A DNA stretch of 61,637 nt, filler included. It is 7 parts of 7 records of this genome, joined end to end, with 100 filler letters (N's around TTAATTAATTAA, not from the genome) between each part and the next. Parts side by side here need not be neighbours in the genome. Positions count along the whole stretch, not along the records: positions 28,659 to 35,689 come from SRR31156797_15520; positions 35,790 to 41,543 come from SRR31156797_15528; 5 more parts are not named here. One strand, given 5' to 3'. The translations under genes were made by a program, and so were the position numbers. Shown here one piece after another: positions 29,780 to 40,384 of the stretch (position 1 is the stretch's first letter; every line of letters begins with the position of its first letter). The notes under the pieces are model-generated. The model was given only the letters and a program-made list of their open reading frames with translations. It had not been told where the DNA came from and did no database searches.

Positions 29780-32138
29780 AAGTTTTTATATCCCATTTTT
29801 TTGATACCACTTCATTTAAAGGGATTGGTTTTGAGTAGTAATATCCTTGGAGAGTATCTACATCTAATTGGACCGCTTTTTCTAAGTGTTGTTTTGTTTC
29901 TATCCCCTCTGCTTGAACTTCTAGCTTAAAGATTTTTGCTATATTGATAATCGCTCTTACAAGATCTTCATCATCTTTATCTTCTACCATATCTAAGATA
30001 AATGATTTATCTATCTTTAGTTTATTTGCTGGGAATTTTTTAAGATAACTCAATGAGGAGTATCCTGTTCCAAAATCATCTATTGCTATTTTAAATCCTT
30101 TTTCTTTTAATTGGCTTATCTGCTCCGTTGCAATCCAGTGATTTTCAATAATAGAGGTTTCTGTTATTTCTAATTCTATATTGTTTGCAGATATATGAAA
30201 ATCTTTGAGAGTCTCAAGAAGATATTCAATATAGTTTTCACTTGAGAACTCTTTTGATGAAACATTAATAGCTAAAAGAAACTCTTTACCAAATTTATGA
30301 AGTAGAGTTGGTAGATCTCCAAAGGCTTGTCTTAAGACAAGTTTTCCTATCTTCTCAATAAGCCCATGGTACTCAGCTATGGGGATAAACTCATCAGGAG
30401 GAATAAATCCTTTTTGAGGATGATTCCATCTTATAAGAGCTTCAGCACCTGAGATTTGTTTTGTATGGCTATCTACAACTATTTGGTAATAGAGCTCAAA
30501 TTGTTCCTCTTGAATCGCTTGTTTTAAATCGATCAAAAGGGATACTTTTTTCTCTAAGATATCAGTAAACTTTTTAGAGTAGAGTAAAAAACCATCTCTT
30601 CCATTTTTCTTTACTTCATACATAGCAGCATCTGCATGTTTTGAGAGTGTTTTTGCCAAAGTTCCGTGTTCAGGGAAAAGTGCAATTCCTATAGACAGCG
30701 ATAAAAAGAATGATCTCCCTTGAATCACATAAGGCTCTTTTATAGCTTGGTTTAATTTATCAGCTAATAAAAGAAGATCTTTCTCATCCTGGATATTGTC
30801 AATGATCACATTAAACTCATCTCCACCAATTCTAGCGATAATATCCTCTTTCCTTAAAGTTTTTTGTAATCTTGTAGCAGTTTGTTTGAGTACAAGATCT
30901 CCTATATCGTGACCAGCTGTGTCATTGACCTCTTTAAAGTGATCAAGGTCTATAAACAATAAAGCAAATTTACGGTTATTTCTTGTGGAGCTTTTAATAG
31001 TTTGTTCCATCATATTTTCAAATTGAGCTTTATTGATTAAGCTTGTTAAGGGATCATGGTTGGCATAAAAGTAGAGTTTTTTATCTACCTCTTTTAATGA
31101 GGTGATATCAGAAAAAATAGCCATATAATTAATCTCTTTTGTTATCACATCTTCTATTTTAGTGATAGAGAGCCATTCAGGATAGATTTCACCATTTTTT
31201 CTTTTATTCCAGATCTCTCCTTGCCATTTACCATAATGTTTTAAAGAATCCCACATGTTTTCATAGAAACTTTTTTCATGAATTCCAGAATTTAAGATAT
31301 TTGTAGAGTGTCCTATAGAATCATCTCTTGTATATCCTGTAATAGAGCAAAAAGAATCATTGACTAAAAGTATTGTTCCATATTGGTCAGTGATGATAGC
31401 CCCCTCAGAGCTTTTTTCAAAAAACTGTGAAGCTTTTTTAAGATCATTTATATGATTTTTTTCATCAGTTTGATCGGTACAGAGATGAACAATATAGTTT
31501 GAATCTCCTGCAAGATAAAATAAAGACTTAAACCACTTATTTTCATGTTGTCTTTCTATGGTGATACTATTTTTGAGTTTTAGGTTATGGACTACATCTT
31601 TAAAAGTTATGGTACAGTATTTAAGATCTTCAAAATGGCTATGATAAAAATCTTCCATTTCGTTAAAAATGATATAGGGCTGATTGGCATAAACTATAGT
31701 ACCTTCTAGATCATAGATTGCAATTCGAAGAGGTGAGTCATCGATAGTTTTTACAAGGATGTTTTCTTTTGCTTGAAGATAGTTTTGTTTTTCTATTTTA
31801 AGTCTACAGTTATTTAAAACAAGGTGAAACTTTTCCATTTTAAAAGGTTTTGTGAAAAAAAACTTGTTACATGACTCAAAGTTTTGTGGGAGTTTTAAAA
31901 ACTCACTTGAAAAAGGGGAGATAAAAATTATGTGACTGTTTTTTTCAAAAGATAGATGCTCTAAAAGTTGAAATCCTTTCATGTTTTTAAGATCTATAAG
32001 TATAAGGTTTGAAGAGCATTGGTGATAGGTTCTATTTAATACGATAGTATTATTAATAAAAAACTCTGATGTGCTAAAGAGTTTTTCATAGAGTTTTATT
32101 GTGGTACTATCTTGTACTAAAAGATCGATATGTATCAT
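29772..32138 (-). CDS. PAS-GGDEF-EAL diguanylate cyclase/phosphodiesterase with a degenerate REC-like N-terminus
   Basis: WQGEIWNKRKNGEIYPEWL (PAS/PAC), RIGGDEF, AEALIRW, DDFGTGYSS. Confidence 0.95.
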   Translation of the reverse strand: MIHIDLLVQDSTTIKLYEKLFSTSEFFINNTIVLNRTYHQCSSNLILIDLKNMKGFQLLEHLSFEKNSHIIFISPFSSEFLKLPQNFESCNKFFFTKPFKMEKFHLVLNNCRLKIEKQNYLQAKENILVKTIDDSPLRIAIYDLEGTIVYANQPYIIFNEMEDFYHSHFEDLKYCTITFKDVVHNLKLKNSITIERQHENKWFKSLFYLAGDSNYIVHLCTDQTDEKNHINDLKKASQFFEKSSEGAIITDQYGTILLVNDSFCSITGYTRDDSIGHSTNILNSGIHEKSFYENMWDSLKHYGKWQGEIWNKRKNGEIYPEWLSITKIEDVITKEINYMAIFSDITSLKEVDKKLYFYANHDPLTSLINKAQFENMMEQTIKSSTRNNRKFALLFIDLDHFKEVNDTAGHDIGDLVLKQTATRLQKTLRKEDIIARIGGDEFNVIIDNIQDEKDLLLLADKLNQAIKEPYVIQGRSFFLSLSIGIALFPEHGTLAKTLSKHADAAMYEVKKNGRDGFLLYSKKFTDILEKKVSLLIDLKQAIQEEQFELYYQIVVDSHTKQISGAEALIRWNHPQKGFIPPDEFIPIAEYHGLIEKIGKLVLRQAFGDLPTLLHKFGKEFLLAINVSSKEFSSENYIEYLLETLKDFHISANNIELEITETSIIENHWIATEQISQLKEKGFKIAIDDFGTGYSSLSYLKKFPANKLKIDKSFILDMVEDKDDEDLVRAIINIAKIFKLEVQAEGIETKQHLEKAVQLDVDTLQGYYYSKPIPLNEVVSKKWDIKTYE

Positions 32139-32148
32139 TTTGATCCTC

Positions 32149-35100
32149 TTATTCTATTTGACATACTATCGATCCTTGATCTTTGTCGATAGATGCATCT
32201 ATTTGTTTTTTGAGGAGTTGGCTTTTGAGTATTACAAACTCTTTGTTAAATATTGTGTCTACTTGTAATAAAGAGAAATCTGAGAGTTTAAAAGTTATAA
32301 AAATATGATCATTATTTTTGTGGTTTGTAATCTCTATGGTATACTCTTTTATATCAGTATCTTCAATATGTCGTAAAATAAACTCTATCACTGTATAGAG
32401 AGTATCATAGATAACAGCTACAGGGAAAACATTTTGGATAGTAGGTTGTAATTTAGTTTTTAAAACAATATTTTTATTCTCTAAAATAGGGCTAAATAGT
32501 GATGCGAATTTTTCAATAGAACTTGATAATGAGTTTGTAGAGTAGTTTATTTTATGGGTGTAAAACTCTGTTTGGGTTTCTAAGATAGAAGTGACTTTAT
32601 CTATTGTTTCATTTGAAGTTTCTAATATATCATCTATTTGGAGTGTATTATTAGAGAAGCTATTTAATTCAAAAACAAATTCATTTAAGATATTTCTTAT
32701 TTGTGTTGAGGTGTCAAATAAAGAGAGTTCCATGAGTTTAGAGTTTTTATTTTCAAGAATATTTTCATTGTTTGATTGTAACATTTTTTGATAATTACTA
32801 ATATCATTTTGTAATTCAAAAGAGCTACTAAGATCCTCTATACAAAAAACTGCTCCTTGGAAGTTCCCCTCAAAATCAAACTGTGGAGTTCCACTTACTG
32901 AGAGATATGATTTTTTGATATCGTTTTCTATCACATGTTTATATCCATGGATCGATTCATAGTTCTTTTTAATCAGTGAAAATGGGAGCTGATCATCGGC
33001 AATATCATCACCCTCAAAAGTTTTTATTTTCCACTCTGTACCATTGAAATCTCTTTTTAAAATATCTTTTCGTGAAAGCTCAAAAACTTTTTCAGCAAAC
33101 TCGTTAGCATAGGTGAGTTTTCCATCTTTATTGACCATAGTTATGGCAATAGGAGCTGTATCTAAGATCGCTTCTGTGATCTCTTTTTGTTTTCGATACT
33201 CTTCTGTTTTATTGCTAAGTTTTTCTGTAAGCTCTTCAAGTTGTTTTGTTCTTTTTTCTTTATCTTCATATAAAACACGCAGTTCTGAGTAGGCAGTTTG
33301 AAGCTCTTCATTAGTACTTTGAAGCTCCTCATTTGTAGTCTCTAGCTCTTCATTGGAACTTTGTAACTCTTCATTAGAACTTTGAAGCTCTTCATTTAAA
33401 CTTTGCATCTCTTCATAAGAGGTTTCAAGCTCTTCAATCACATTTTGCAGATGGGCTTTTGTACTATCAAGCTCTAAAGTAAGTTTTTCTATTGCCTCAT
33501 TTTCGTCACCATTAGCGATGATATGACCTTTGATATTTTGAGCTTCTTCTGATTGAAAAAATAAAACATAGAGCCAATCTTCACTTTTCTCATCCTCTAA
33601 AGGGGTAACGATAACACGCACATAACGGACAATATCTTCAAAAATATTGATAGATCGAAACGGAGTCATATGGACTTTTTTCTCTTTTGAAGCTTTATTA
33701 ATAGCACTTCTTAGATCTAAAGAAAGTTCATCATTAAGCTGTTTAAAAATATTATTACTTACTTTTCCATCTTTATGTTTTAAAAAGGGGATATCCCCTT
33801 TGATATAAATAATATCATTAGAAGAGTTGATCACTACACATCTTTGTAAAAGCACCTCTCTTAGAGCTTCAGCAATCATCTCTTCTAAAAACTCTTCATC
33901 ATTTTTTATTTTGACATTTTTACTTGAGTCATAGAGATCTTTTTTAAATGGAGCTGAGTAGTTGTAGAGCTTTGGTGGTTCTTTTACTCCTGTAAATTGT
34001 GCTTTAAAAATCTTTGCCGATTTATCGATGAGGTTAAAAAGATCAATATGTTGCCCCACAGATTCTGATTTTCCTAAAAATAAGATACCATTATCTTTAA
34101 GAGCATAATGTACTATAGGGAAAAATTTATTTTGTAAAGAGCTACTAAAATAGATCAGCATATTTCTACAAGAGATAAGATCGAGACGTAAAAAAGGGGA
34201 ATCACTTACAATATTATGTTTTGAAAAGATCACTAGCTCTCTTAAGCTTTTTTTGATCTCAAATTGGTTTTTTTGTACAGAGAAATATTTAGAGATAATT
34301 TTTTTATCTAGCCCCTCTAAAGAAGTCTCAGAATAGACTCCTGTTCTTGCAATTTTGAGCGCTTCATCATCAATATCTGTGGCAAAGATTTTTATTTTAT
34401 ATTTATTGATTTTTTCTTTTAATATATCAGATAGGATGATCGCAAGAGAGTAAGCTTCTTCCCCAGTTGAACATCCTATAGACCACATTCTGATCTCTTC
34501 ACCTTGCTCTTTCTTTTTTATAAGGTGATCTATTTGAGCGTAGAGTTTATCAAAGGCTTCTTTATCTCTAAAAAAGCTTGTAACACCTATTAAGATATCA
34601 TGATAAAGCATTGTTGATTCATTTTCGGTCTCTTCAAGAATCTTTATATACTCTTTTAAAGAATCAATTTTTAAAGCAGATAGTCTTCTTTCTATTCTTC
34701 TAATAAGTGTATTTTTTTTATAAAGCGAAAAATCTACACCATGCTCTTCAAATAGTATCCTATATACTTGTTGTAGAATTCTATCATCAAGAGAAAGTTC
34801 CAGTTTTTTATCAATTGAAGTGATGATACTTTGTATCTCTTCACCTAGTTTTTCTATAGGAACTACGAGGTCTACTTTCCCTGTATTAATAGCAGAGAGA
34901 GGCATACCATCATATTTTGCTGTTGCGGGAGATTGGGCAATAGTGATACCACCTTCAGCTTTTACAGCTCTTATCCCATAAGCTCCATCGCTTCCTGTTC
35001 CTGAGAGTATGATCCCAATGGATCTCTCTCCAAAACTCTGTGCTAAGGAGCTTAAAAAATAGTTAACAGAGGGTTTTGGTCCAAAAGATTGGGCAATGGT

Positions 35101-35382
35101 TTTAAGATAAAGTTTATTCCCTTTTACATATATATCAGTATTCTCTGGGGTCATATAGATGGTTTTTGGTTTGATTCTCATCCCATTTTGTACTTCAATC
35201 ACTGGGATATCGGTAGTTCTAGAGAGTAGATCTACCATCATACTTTTATGGGTAGGACTTAAATGTTGTGCTATGATATAAGAGCAGTTATTTATTTCAG
35301 GTAAAGATCCAAGTAAGATTTGTAATGCTTCTAAACCACCTGCACTCGAACCTAATCCTACTACAACTAAATCATCACTCAT
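32149..35382 (-). CDS. CheB-CheR fusion with PAS, coiled coil, second PAS and a degenerate kinase-like tail
   Basis: CheB motifs GSSAGG, QHLS, SGTGSDG; CheR motifs GCSTGEEAYS, ATDID, SCRNMLIYF; EELQSxN heptads. Confidence 0.93.
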   Translation of the reverse strand: MSDDLVVVGLGSSAGGLEALQILLGSLPEINNCSYIIAQHLSPTHKSMMVDLLSRTTDIPVIEVQNGMRIKPKTIYMTPENTDIYVKGNKLYLKTIAQSFGPKPSVNYFLSSLAQSFGERSIGIILSGTGSDGAYGIRAVKAEGGITIAQSPATAKYDGMPLSAINTGKVDLVVPIEKLGEEIQSIITSIDKKLELSLDDRILQQVYRILFEEHGVDFSLYKKNTLIRRIERRLSALKIDSLKEYIKILEETENESTMLYHDILIGVTSFFRDKEAFDKLYAQIDHLIKKKEQGEEIRMWSIGCSTGEEAYSLAIILSDILKEKINKYKIKIFATDIDDEALKIARTGVYSETSLEGLDKKIISKYFSVQKNQFEIKKSLRELVIFSKHNIVSDSPFLRLDLISCRNMLIYFSSSLQNKFFPIVHYALKDNGILFLGKSESVGQHIDLFNLIDKSAKIFKAQFTGVKEPPKLYNYSAPFKKDLYDSSKNVKIKNDEEFLEEMIAEALREVLLQRCVVINSSNDIIYIKGDIPFLKHKDGKVSNNIFKQLNDELSLDLRSAINKASKEKKVHMTPFRSINIFEDIVRYVRVIVTPLEDEKSEDWLYVLFFQSEEAQNIKGHIIANGDENEAIEKLTLELDSTKAHLQNVIEELETSYEEMQSLNEELQSSNEELQSSNEELETTNEELQSTNEELQTAYSELRVLYEDKEKRTKQLEELTEKLSNKTEEYRKQKEITEAILDTAPIAITMVNKDGKLTYANEFAEKVFELSRKDILKRDFNGTEWKIKTFEGDDIADDQLPFSLIKKNYESIHGYKHVIENDIKKSYLSVSGTPQFDFEGNFQGAVFCIEDLSSSFELQNDISNYQKMLQSNNENILENKNSKLMELSLFDTSTQIRNILNEFVFELNSFSNNTLQIDDILETSNETIDKVTSILETQTEFYTHKINYSTNSLSSSIEKFASLFSPILENKNIVLKTKLQPTIQNVFPVAVIYDTLYTVIEFILRHIEDTDIKEYTIEITNHKNNDHIFITFKLSDFSLLQVDTIFNKEFVILKSQLLKKQIDASIDKDQGSIVCQIE
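33290..33440 (-). repeat. 21-nt coding tandem repeats (EELQS/TxN heptads) within CheBR
   Basis: About 7 imperfect heptads: EELETSY-EEMQSLN-EELQSSN-EELQSSN-EELETTN-EELQSTN-EELQTAY. Confidence 0.85.
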
Positions 35383-35514
35383 TTTGATCACCTTTTTATA
35401 TAATTATTAATTTTATTATATCTATTATGTATAAAGATATTCATAAAAATTGTATAAAAAATAGTTTTTTACAAAAATTTCTCTATTTTAGATAAGAATC
35501 ACTCATCTATTGAG

Positions 35515-35689
35515 CTAATTAAAAAAAACTATCTTAAAACATGCACCTTTATAGTACTTTTTATTATATTGAAAATTTTTATTAGTAACAAAAAGGTCGC
35601 TATTGTGTCTTTTTTTTATTATATTTTGGGCCATTGCCAAGCCTAATCCTGTACCAATTGATTGATGTTTGGTAGTAAAATATGGTTCA
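35515..35689 (-). CDS. C-terminal fragment of a histidine kinase (HATPase), contig-truncated
   Basis: Own translation EPYFTTKHQSIGTGLGLAMAQNII...GACFKIVFFN*. Confidence 0.85.
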
Positions 35690-35789
35690 NNNNNNNNNNN
35701 NNNNNNNNNNNNNNNNNNNNNNNNNNNNNNNNNTTAATTAATTAANNNNNNNNNNNNNNNNNNNNNNNNNNNNNNNNNNNNNNNNNNNN
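35690..35789. other. Artificial contig spacer
   Basis: N44-TTAATTAATTAA-N44. Confidence 0.98.
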
Positions 35790-37291
35790 AGTTGTTTTGA
35801 TAATTTTAAAATAAGCTTTTTATTCTTATTTTTATCTTTCTTGTTCTTTCTTGATTCTAAATTTATTCTTTCTAATTTATCTAAAATATTTTTTTCTAAT
35901 TCTTTTAGATTATTCCATTCAAACTCATCAATAAAAGTAGGCTTAACTCCAAGTTTTTTATTAGTACATATACCTATTAAAGATTCATTAATGAATGCCT
36001 TTCTTCTTTCTTTCTCTTCTAAATTACTTATTAAATTATTTATTCTTAAAATATTTTCATAATCTTCTTTATGAATCCACTTAGCTTCTTCTAATTGAGT
36101 CTCTAAATTAGAATTTTCTAATAATTTAAGAGAAATAAAATCATTAAATCTCTTCTTGTATAATATATTTTTTAACTTTTTTTGTTCATCAGAAGGAAGA
36201 AACTTCAAAGACTCCTCATCAATAGTACCACTTGTAATAATTCTTTCAATTAATGCTATATAAAGTAAGTGATTCATTTTCTCTACAAATTTATCCCAAA
36301 ATTTTTTCTGTAATCCTTTTGGTTGCCCTAAAGATAGTTCTTTTGTAATATGATATGAAGATAGTCCATTTGATATTAGATTCAAAAGACTTCTATCTAT
36401 ATAATATGCATTAAATGATTGTTCTAAATCATCCCATTTTTGGTCGGGAAACAACTTAGGCTTTTTTAAAAGTAATAGTTTTTCATAACCAAATGTATAC
36501 TTAGAGTTAATAACATCTTCAATTTTTTTTGTTAGTGTTTTAATACAAACATCTTGCATCAATATCCATTCTTCATCACTTATGAAATCTAATTTTTCAT
36601 TATTTAATATTTTATATGTAGGTTCTTCTTCAATATTTGAAGTATATTTATCTTGATTAGCCAAATGATTAATATATTCTTTTCTAATCTCGATCCAATC
36701 TTTTTCAAATAAATAAAAAGGCTTTTTTCGCTCTAAAAAGATTAGATAATCTTCATATTTAATTTTATTTATAATTGATTCTCTAGCTATTTTAAAGCCA
36801 TCTTTAATCATAAAGATAAGATATATAAAAACAAAAATCAACCAAAAAACATCTTTTAAACCTATGTCCTCTTTCCCTGATGATTTTTCAGCCTTCCCAT
36901 CTAAATGTACTATATTTATAGATGAATCAAATATACTTAAAATTGAAGTTTTAATAACTATTGTTATACTACCTTCAATAGGTAGTGCAGTATAAGAAAT
37001 TTCATATTTACTATCTAATTTTTTTATTTTAACTTCATCATCACTTGAAAATTTAATTACCTTAATATCCTTAATAGCGCCAGACATATGAATTTCAATA
37101 TCTTTTGCTACTTTATTACCTTCATTCACAATGATTAATTGTTGAATATTTTCATCTTTTGTATCCAAAAATGAACTAGGTATCTCTTTTGATAATGTAT
37201 ATTTAAGTACTGCTTTTTTATTAGTATAGTCATAAGAAAGATATACTACTAATAGACCTGCAATCAAAGCTGCAATTATGCTTTTTAACAT
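35790..37291 (-). CDS. Hypothetical membrane-anchored protein with internal KP...W repeats, truncated by the contig end
   Basis: ORF of about 500 codons, GGAG RBS, two hydrophobic segments. Confidence 0.75.
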
Positions 37292-37434
37292 ATTTTCTCC
37301 ATATCAGGTAATTTAAAAAATCATCCAACTTTTTTATTTTTACGAGATTAAATCTTATTTAAAAATGTATAAGTATCTAAATAAAATCTATATTGATATT
37401 ATTATATATAAAAAATACTATAGTTATATTAATC

Positions 37435-37629
37435 TTATTCAATTTCTTTTATACCTAAACAGTAGAACTCTTTATAAAACCTATAGTTTTCTGCTTTCAC
37501 AATTACATTATTATTTTCACAAGAGAACTGTTCTAACATAAACCACTCAATATTTTTATCAAGTTAATATTCTCTTCTATACCCTTTTTCAGAATAGTGC
37601 AACTTTTTAATTACTGGCTCTATAGTCAT
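37435..37629 (-). pseudogene. Small ORF of about 64 aa interrupted by one in-frame TAA
   Basis: MTIEPVIKKLHYSEKGYRREY*LDKNIEWFMLEQF...GIKEIE*, with the stop at 37566-37564; ATG lies just after the repeated palindrome. Confidence 0.4.
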
Positions 37630-37633
37630 ATTT

Positions 37634-37647
37634 TTTCGCCAGCGAAA
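37634..37647. repeat. TTTCGC-NN-GCGAAA palindrome, copy 1
   Basis: TTTCGCCAGCGAAA. Confidence 0.8.
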
Positions 37648-37677
37648 CTTTTATCTAAATATATATCTTCTATATCA

Positions 37678-37711
37678 TTTAGTGATAATTTATAGTTCTT
37701 TTATCACTAAA
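37678..37711 (-). terminator. Inverted repeat/terminator after the lipoprotein gene
   Basis: TTTAGTGATAA-N12-TTATCACTAAA. Confidence 0.5.
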
Positions 37712-37733
37712 CAATTTTTTTAGTCTTTTTAAT

Positions 37734-38264
37734 CTATTTATACTCCCAACCTTCATTAGTCAAGAACACTAATAACTTACCTTTTCTATCTTCTTTATAA
37801 GTAAACCACTTTGGTAAATCATTTATTATATAAGTGTATTTAATTTCACTAACTGTTCTATCCATAAATGCAGTTGGTTCTGTAAAACTTATAACTTTAG
37901 TTACTACAGGTGTACCAAAACAAAATTTCCCATTATTTAAATGTTCTTTCCCTTTTTCTGTTAAATCATATGACTTCTTATACTTCTTTTTCATTTCTCC
38001 AGTTAAAAAGTCTTTTGTTTCATACTCTTCTACATCAATTTTCATTAGCCCTGAATCTACAAACTTTTTATATGTATTTCCATAGATACCAAAATCATCT
38101 TTTATCGGGAATCTTGTTCCTACTTTTGTACAAGTTAAATTATCTTTTTTCTCTAATAAATACTTATTAACAAGCTTTTCAAAATTCTCATTGTTTGCCT
38201 CTGTAGGATTTCCACATCCAACTAAAAGTACTGATACACCAATAATTCCTAATATTTTTTTCAT
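37734..38264 (-). CDS. Hypothetical lipoprotein
   Basis: Lipobox LLVGC after MKK and a hydrophobic stretch; ATG overlaps the upstream stop. Confidence 0.85.
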   Translation of the reverse strand: MKKILGIIGVSVLLVGCGNPTEANNENFEKLVNKYLLEKKDNLTCTKVGTRFPIKDDFGIYGNTYKKFVDSGLMKIDVEEYETKDFLTGEMKKKYKKSYDLTEKGKEHLNNGKFCFGTPVVTKVISFTEPTAFMDRTVSEIKYTYIINDLPKWFTYKEDRKGKLLVFLTNEGWEYK

Positions 38265-38503
38265 TCTTTTTCCCTTTTAAATTGTGCTAATACATCTAAT
38301 ATTCCATATGCAATAATATCTAGTAGTCTTTTTACTTTAAAAAATATAATCAACCCAATAAATGAAAGGATCAATATATTTAGTAAGTACTGTTTTAAAA
38401 ATGGTTCATGCATATAAGGAGCTACTAACAAATTATAAAGATAACTGTTAATAGCTGAATACCAAACTGTATAATTAAATAAATATGAAAGTGTTTTTAA
38501 CAT
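38261..38503 (-). CDS. Small hypothetical membrane protein
   Basis: 80-aa ORF with hydrophobic segments, translationally coupled to the lipoprotein gene. Confidence 0.6.
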   Translation of the reverse strand: MLKTLSYLFNYTVWYSAINSYLYNLLVAPYMHEPFLKQYLLNILILSFIGLIIFFKVKRLLDIIAYGILDVLAQFKREKE

Positions 38504-38505
38504 TC

Positions 38506-38519
38506 TTTCGCCCGCGAAA
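38506..38519. repeat. TTTCGC-NN-GCGAAA palindrome, copy 2
   Basis: TTTCGCCCGCGAAA occupying most of the 20-bp gap between two genes. Confidence 0.8.
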
Positions 38520-38523
38520 TTTT

Positions 38524-38838
38524 CTATTTAATATTTTTGTTGTTCTTCTTATGTAAATAAGAAAAGAACTCTTCTTCTGATTTAAAGTCATTAATTGCTT
38601 TAGTAAGTGGTTCTGTAAACTCTAATATCTCTAGTTTTAAATCATTCTCTTTACAAAAAGTTTCTATTTTTAAATCAAACTTTTTTGTATGTACATTGTT
38701 TGGAACTTCTAAAGACCAAGATTTAAAATCTTTATTAAACTTCCACCAGTTCGTAAAATCTTTTCTTTCTGGCTTTAACTGTTTAATGTCTTCTTTTAAT
38801 GCAAAAGTATTAGTTCCACTAATATAATAAAAATACAT
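38524..38838 (-). CDS. Hypothetical protein
   Basis: 104 aa, AAGGA RBS; GTNTFALKEDIK...WKFNKDFKSW. Confidence 0.75.
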   Translation of the reverse strand: MYFYYISGTNTFALKEDIKQLKPERKDFTNWWKFNKDFKSWSLEVPNNVHTKKFDLKIETFCKENDLKLEILEFTEPLTKAINDFKSEEEFFSYLHKKNNKNIK

Positions 38839-38876
38839 AATAAATTCCTTTTTTTATTATTTTACTATACTTATTA

Positions 38877-40340
38877 TTAACGTTCAATGTCTTTATTTAA
38901 AGACTTATGTAGATTATTTATATTCTTCGTTGTTTTTGGGATATTACTTTTTATAGCTTCTTTTAGATTGTCTAAATCAAATATTTTAAGGTGACTTCGC
39001 AACTCATGAACAAAGCTACTAAGCTTTTGATTAGTTTGTTTTAAATCTTCATTTTCCGTTACTAACTTATTTAGTTTTATTCCTGACTCTTTGATATAGC
39101 CCTCTACACTTAAAGTATCATAGATTTTAGTTTCTTTTGATTTTAATAGCCCTTCTTTTATTTTTACAGTTTTAGTTTTTATTTTTCCATCTATAAAAGT
39201 TCTTCTCTTTTCATTCTCAGCTCTATATTTATCTAATTGATTTCTTAATTCTTCTATAGTTAATTCTTTTGCTTTAACTTTTTTACTCAAATCTTTTTTT
39301 AATTGCTCCAATACAGCATAACTTTTTCTATCAAACTTATTTTCTTCTAGTTCTTGTCTTATTTCACTTACTTGACTATTTAAATCTTTTAGTCTAGCTA
39401 GAGATTTTTTGTTTTCTAAATTAGAAGCTCTCTTTGAATCGATTGAACGTTTTAATTGCCAATGGTTCATACGTTTATTTTTACTAAATTCTAAGCCACG
39501 CTGCATATTAAGACTTTCAGCAACTATTGTTTGAAGTTCTCTCATATCATTTCTATCCATACGTGCAGTTTTGCCAGTATCTTTATTGAAGTTACTATAT
39601 AAAACATGAGCATGATAGTTAATTTTCTTTTGAAATTTTGAAGTATCAGCTTTATTTTTAAATTCCTTATCAAAGTACCAATTACTATTTTCACTATTAA
39701 AATATATATTCCGATTGGGTGCGAAATCAATTACTTCACTTGTAACATCTTCCTTCGTACTTCTTAACTTCCAAGATAGGTTACTTGAAACATATTCTAA
39801 ATCTTTTAAATCATATTTACTATCAATAAATACACCTTCATCTCTATGAATAGAACTAGCTAAAATAAAATGTCCTCCAAACTTTTCATTTAAATTTTTA
39901 AAAGTTTTTTCTATATCTTCAAGTGTAGTATCAGGCTTTACATTAATTACTGATTCTTTAATGAGATTTTCTTTAGCTTTTTGCTGGATTTTTTGACCTA
40001 TTATTTCTTTATAAATCTTTACTGAATCTTTTTTAAACTTTTCTATATCTTCATAGATTTTATTATCATTAACGCTAGAATCATGTTCTAACAGATATGT
40101 AACTTTACTTTCTCTTTCCATATGTTCTAATGAATGTTTTGTTGCTTTTTGACTATGAAAAGATGATTTATAAATAGATGATTTATAAATAGATACATTT
40201 CCACTTGCATATTTACTTTTAACACTACTGTTTGAATAACTACTATTAAAGTTTTTTTCTTCTTTTAATTTAAATATTTTCTCTTTTTGCTTTGGAGTAT
40301 TTTTTAATTTTTTTTCTAATAAATTTTCTTCTTGTTCCAT
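38877..40340 (-). CDS. MOBV/Mob_Pre-like relaxase (mobilisation protein)
   Basis: HMER (HxxR), ESVIN, IHRDEG...NYHAH, ELQT..AE.L.M.RG, C-terminal coiled coil; GGGAGG RBS. Confidence 0.8.
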   Translation of the reverse strand: MEQEENLLEKKLKNTPKQKEKIFKLKEEKNFNSSYSNSSVKSKYASGNVSIYKSSIYKSSFHSQKATKHSLEHMERESKVTYLLEHDSSVNDNKIYEDIEKFKKDSVKIYKEIIGQKIQQKAKENLIKESVINVKPDTTLEDIEKTFKNLNEKFGGHFILASSIHRDEGVFIDSKYDLKDLEYVSSNLSWKLRSTKEDVTSEVIDFAPNRNIYFNSENSNWYFDKEFKNKADTSKFQKKINYHAHVLYSNFNKDTGKTARMDRNDMRELQTIVAESLNMQRGLEFSKNKRMNHWQLKRSIDSKRASNLENKKSLARLKDLNSQVSEIRQELEENKFDRKSYAVLEQLKKDLSKKVKAKELTIEELRNQLDKYRAENEKRRTFIDGKIKTKTVKIKEGLLKSKETKIYDTLSVEGYIKESGIKLNKLVTENEDLKQTNQKLSSFVHELRSHLKIFDLDNLKEAIKSNIPKTTKNINNLHKSLNKDIER

Positions 40341-40384
40341 ATAAAAACCCTCCCCCTTTTTATAAGAAATCTAAGCCCTTGTGG

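Noticed and set aside
33290-33440. Regular 21-nt repeats as a CRISPR array
   Set aside because: They are coding heptads inside CheBR with no spacers; no CRISPR array or cas gene is seen anywhere in the window
37564-37566. In-frame stop in the small mobile-element ORF as recoding
   Set aside because: It is TAA in an otherwise standard-code contig, so a nonsense mutation or chance ORF is more likely
40161-40194. 15-bp tandem duplication (AGATGATTTATAAAT x2) in the relaxase gene as iterons
   Set aside because: Only two copies, in frame within coding sequence (IYKSS IYKSS); a simple slippage duplication
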